A stretch of DNA of 64,000 nt from Anthoceros angustus (Eukaryota; Plantae; Anthocerotophyta): the NCBI GenBank assembly GCA_010909165.1, contig VJWM01000226.1, positions 1 to 64,000 of the forward strand. Direction: 5' to 3'. Below the pieces are notes generated by a model, which worked only from the letters and a program-made list of their open reading frames with translations, was not told the origin of the DNA and did no database searches. This document shows, in pieces, positions 61,714-64,000 of this stretch. How positions within the stretch are numbered: the stretch's first letter is position 1; each line of letters starts with the position of its first letter. A program made the translations under genes and the position numbers.

Positions 61714-64000
61714 ATGGGCTGTTGCGCTGCTGCCTGGAAGTTTCCGGGGGATGCTGCCGGGGTTTCAGGTCATGGGCGGGAGGGGAAGTGGAGGTGGGTT
61801 GTGAGATGCGGAGGAGGCGGGGAATCGGAGGATCATGGAGGAAGGAGCCAGAAGAGGGCCGTGGTGGTGGGAGGCGGGTGGGCCGGGTTCGGGGCCGCCC
61901 ACGCCATGGCCAAGGACGGGTTCCAGGTCACGCTGCTGGACGCAGCCTCGTCCCCGGGGGGGCTCAGCACCGGGTTCAGGACGGCCAACGGGAGGCCCGT
62001 GGAGGCCGGGATCAAGGGCTTTTGGTGGCAGTACCGGAACATTTTTGAGCTGGTGAAGGAGCTCGGGATTGTAAGGATTGTCCATGCCTTGATTCTGGTG
62101 TAGCATTGATGGGTGGCGGGTGCGCGGCTGACTGGGGTGGAGGGTGTCGGTGTCGGTGTCGCACAGCCTTGGCCTTTCACGCTTTGGACCAGGAGCACCT
62201 TCTACTCTCCGGTCGGGATCCAGGTGGAGGCTCCCGTGTTCAGCTCTTTGCCGCGGCTGCCTACCCCGCTCGGCTCCTTCGTCTACACCTCGCCTTACTT
62301 CCGGTAATGCATGCAAATTTTGGTGGGCGGTTTGTATCCTGTGTGTGGAGAGTTGACGAATTGCTGCCCATGTTCGAGCAGGTCGCTTCCTGTTGCGGAC
62401 CGCTTGACAGCACTTCCTTTGCTACGTGCTCTTATTGAGTTTGATACGGTATGTGTGTGTGTGTGTGTTAGGCTATGTCCTGCTTTTTGCATGTTCGTCT
62501 GAGGAAGTGGCGTTGAATGTGTTTGGCTATGTGGTCTCTTGATACACATTCGATTGAGCAAATGGTGTTGAATATAGGATGAGAACGAGGACTTCTCTTC
62601 CTTGCAGGCGTGTTGCAAATGGTTATTGAGACCTTCCCCATAAGGTCGTGTTCAGGATGAGGAGGTTTACAGGAAGTATGATGAGATGACTGCGAGGGAG
62701 CTCTTCCGGGAGGCAGGTGTTTCAGCCAGGCTGTATCGGGAGTTCCTGGAGCCCATCTTGCTGGTGACACTTTTTGCACCTGGAGAGCAGATTTCGGGTG
62801 ATGCCCCTGACCCATGAGGCTAGGCTGCTGGCTGTTTGAAGGGATGGCAGTTTCTCAGGCACTTCTCTTCCTGGCATGCACGTGTGGCAGCTGCGGCAGC
62901 CTTGGGAGCTCTCTACTACTACGTTTTAGCCCATCAAGCAGATTTCGATGTGTGTTGGTGCAAGGGCTCGGTTGCTGAGAAGATATTCAAGCCGTGGCTT
63001 GCGGAGTTTGCCAAATTGGGAGGCAAGCTTGTGCATGGCACGCTGGTGAAGTCCGTGGTGGTGGACAAGGAAGCAAACAAGGTGTCTGCAGTCTTGGCAG
63101 GTGAATCAGCCGTTGAAGCGGTCACGTCCATGGCTGCCTCCTGCCACCTCTTCCTTACGTGAGTAGCTGATGCAGCTCGGTTGTGTCTCACACCAGGGTC
63201 CAGGACTGGGACAGCAACGGTGTACGATGCTAATGTGGTGGTGTTTGCAGTCAGTGCAAGCAATGCAGGTACTCGAGGGCATTGCTTGAGAAGGTTCCTG
63301 GAGCAGTACTTCTGGAGGTGATGGGGAAGCTAAGGTGTTGCTTGCCTGCTGGTGCGTGTGTTTCCAGAGGATTGTGGAATCATCTCCGGGCCTGGCAGAG
63401 CGCAGCGAATTCAGCAGTGTCAAACCTCGGCACTGTGGATGTTCTTGCAACCCGGCTATGGCTGGACCGCGTAGTGCCATTGCCGAACCCCTCCAATGTT
63501 CTGGCTGGCTTCGAGCCCACAACCGGAGGAACTTTGTTCGACCTCAATGCTCTGCAGGTACATGTCACATGATTCCTCATCCCCTCACACAGCTGACATC
63601 ACCTCACCAAAGCCCCATGTACTACTCCCACTCTTTTCCAGAGCGATGAGTTTGGAGCAGAGCGGGGCAGTGTCATCGAGCTCGACTTCTACCATGCAAA
63701 CCAGCTCCTGCCCCTTTCAGACGAGGCCTTGATCACCAAGGTTGGAAGACCTGCCTACCCCATCTCCTCCTTGTCCATACAGCCTTCGTTCGGTTTCACG
63801 AGGATGCCTTCTTCTCTATTGCAGGTGAAGGGCACATACCTTGAACGCATCGACAGAAGGTACGCAGAAGCGCGAGTCTTGGACAGCAGCGTGCTGCGTT
63901 TCAAAACGCTGTAACGCTCTTCGGGGCCGGATCACACAAGCACATGCCGGCGAGCCGCAGCACACTATCCAACGTGTTCTTGGCTGGAGATTGGGTGCAG
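61714..64000 (+). CDS. FAD-dependent oxidoreductase, PDS/ZDS-related amine-oxidase family; multi-exon; 3' end beyond the window
   Basis: AVVVGGGWAGFGAA dinucleotide-binding motif, VEAGIKGFWWQYRNIF, YDEMTARELFR, WCKGSVAEKIFKPW, RLWLDR, VIELDFYHANQLL. The true start may lie slightly upstream (~61660). Confidence 0.8.

Overview
Eukaryotic, plant-type DNA. The short GT-AG introns and plant-type CHLD, DXR, BOU and GT64 genes suggest a streptophyte alga or early-diverging land plant (inference). The window has two parts. (1) About 1-42.3 kb is a nested transposon island. It holds a full-length chromodomain Ty3/Gypsy element (18672-26038, TSD TTCCC, iMet PBS) and a non-autonomous gag-protease-only Ty1/Copia element (32056-38156, TSD GGAAG). 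It also holds a ~1.06-kb solo LTR plus a second copy, a broken intron-containing Sola-like DDE transposase, two copies of an unclassified ORF-bearing element and many tandem duplications. (2) About 42.3-64 kb is gene-dense, with three head-to-head pairs: a UTR2/4-type nucleotide-sugar transporter with an intronless 930-aa GT64 + two GT8-like-domain fusion; a FoP-duplication RGG protein with CHLD; and DXR with a PDS/ZDS-like flavoprotein that runs off the window. BOU and two tandem NTF2-like genes lie between these pairs. The best candidate for a new system is the GT64-GT8-GT8 fusion beside its nucleotide-sugar transporter. Many 1-3 bp indels, including in housekeeping genes and between otherwise identical LTRs, indicate long-read consensus errors, so frameshifts and some tandem duplications may be artefacts. 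All family assignments come from motif recognition by eye; no database search was run.
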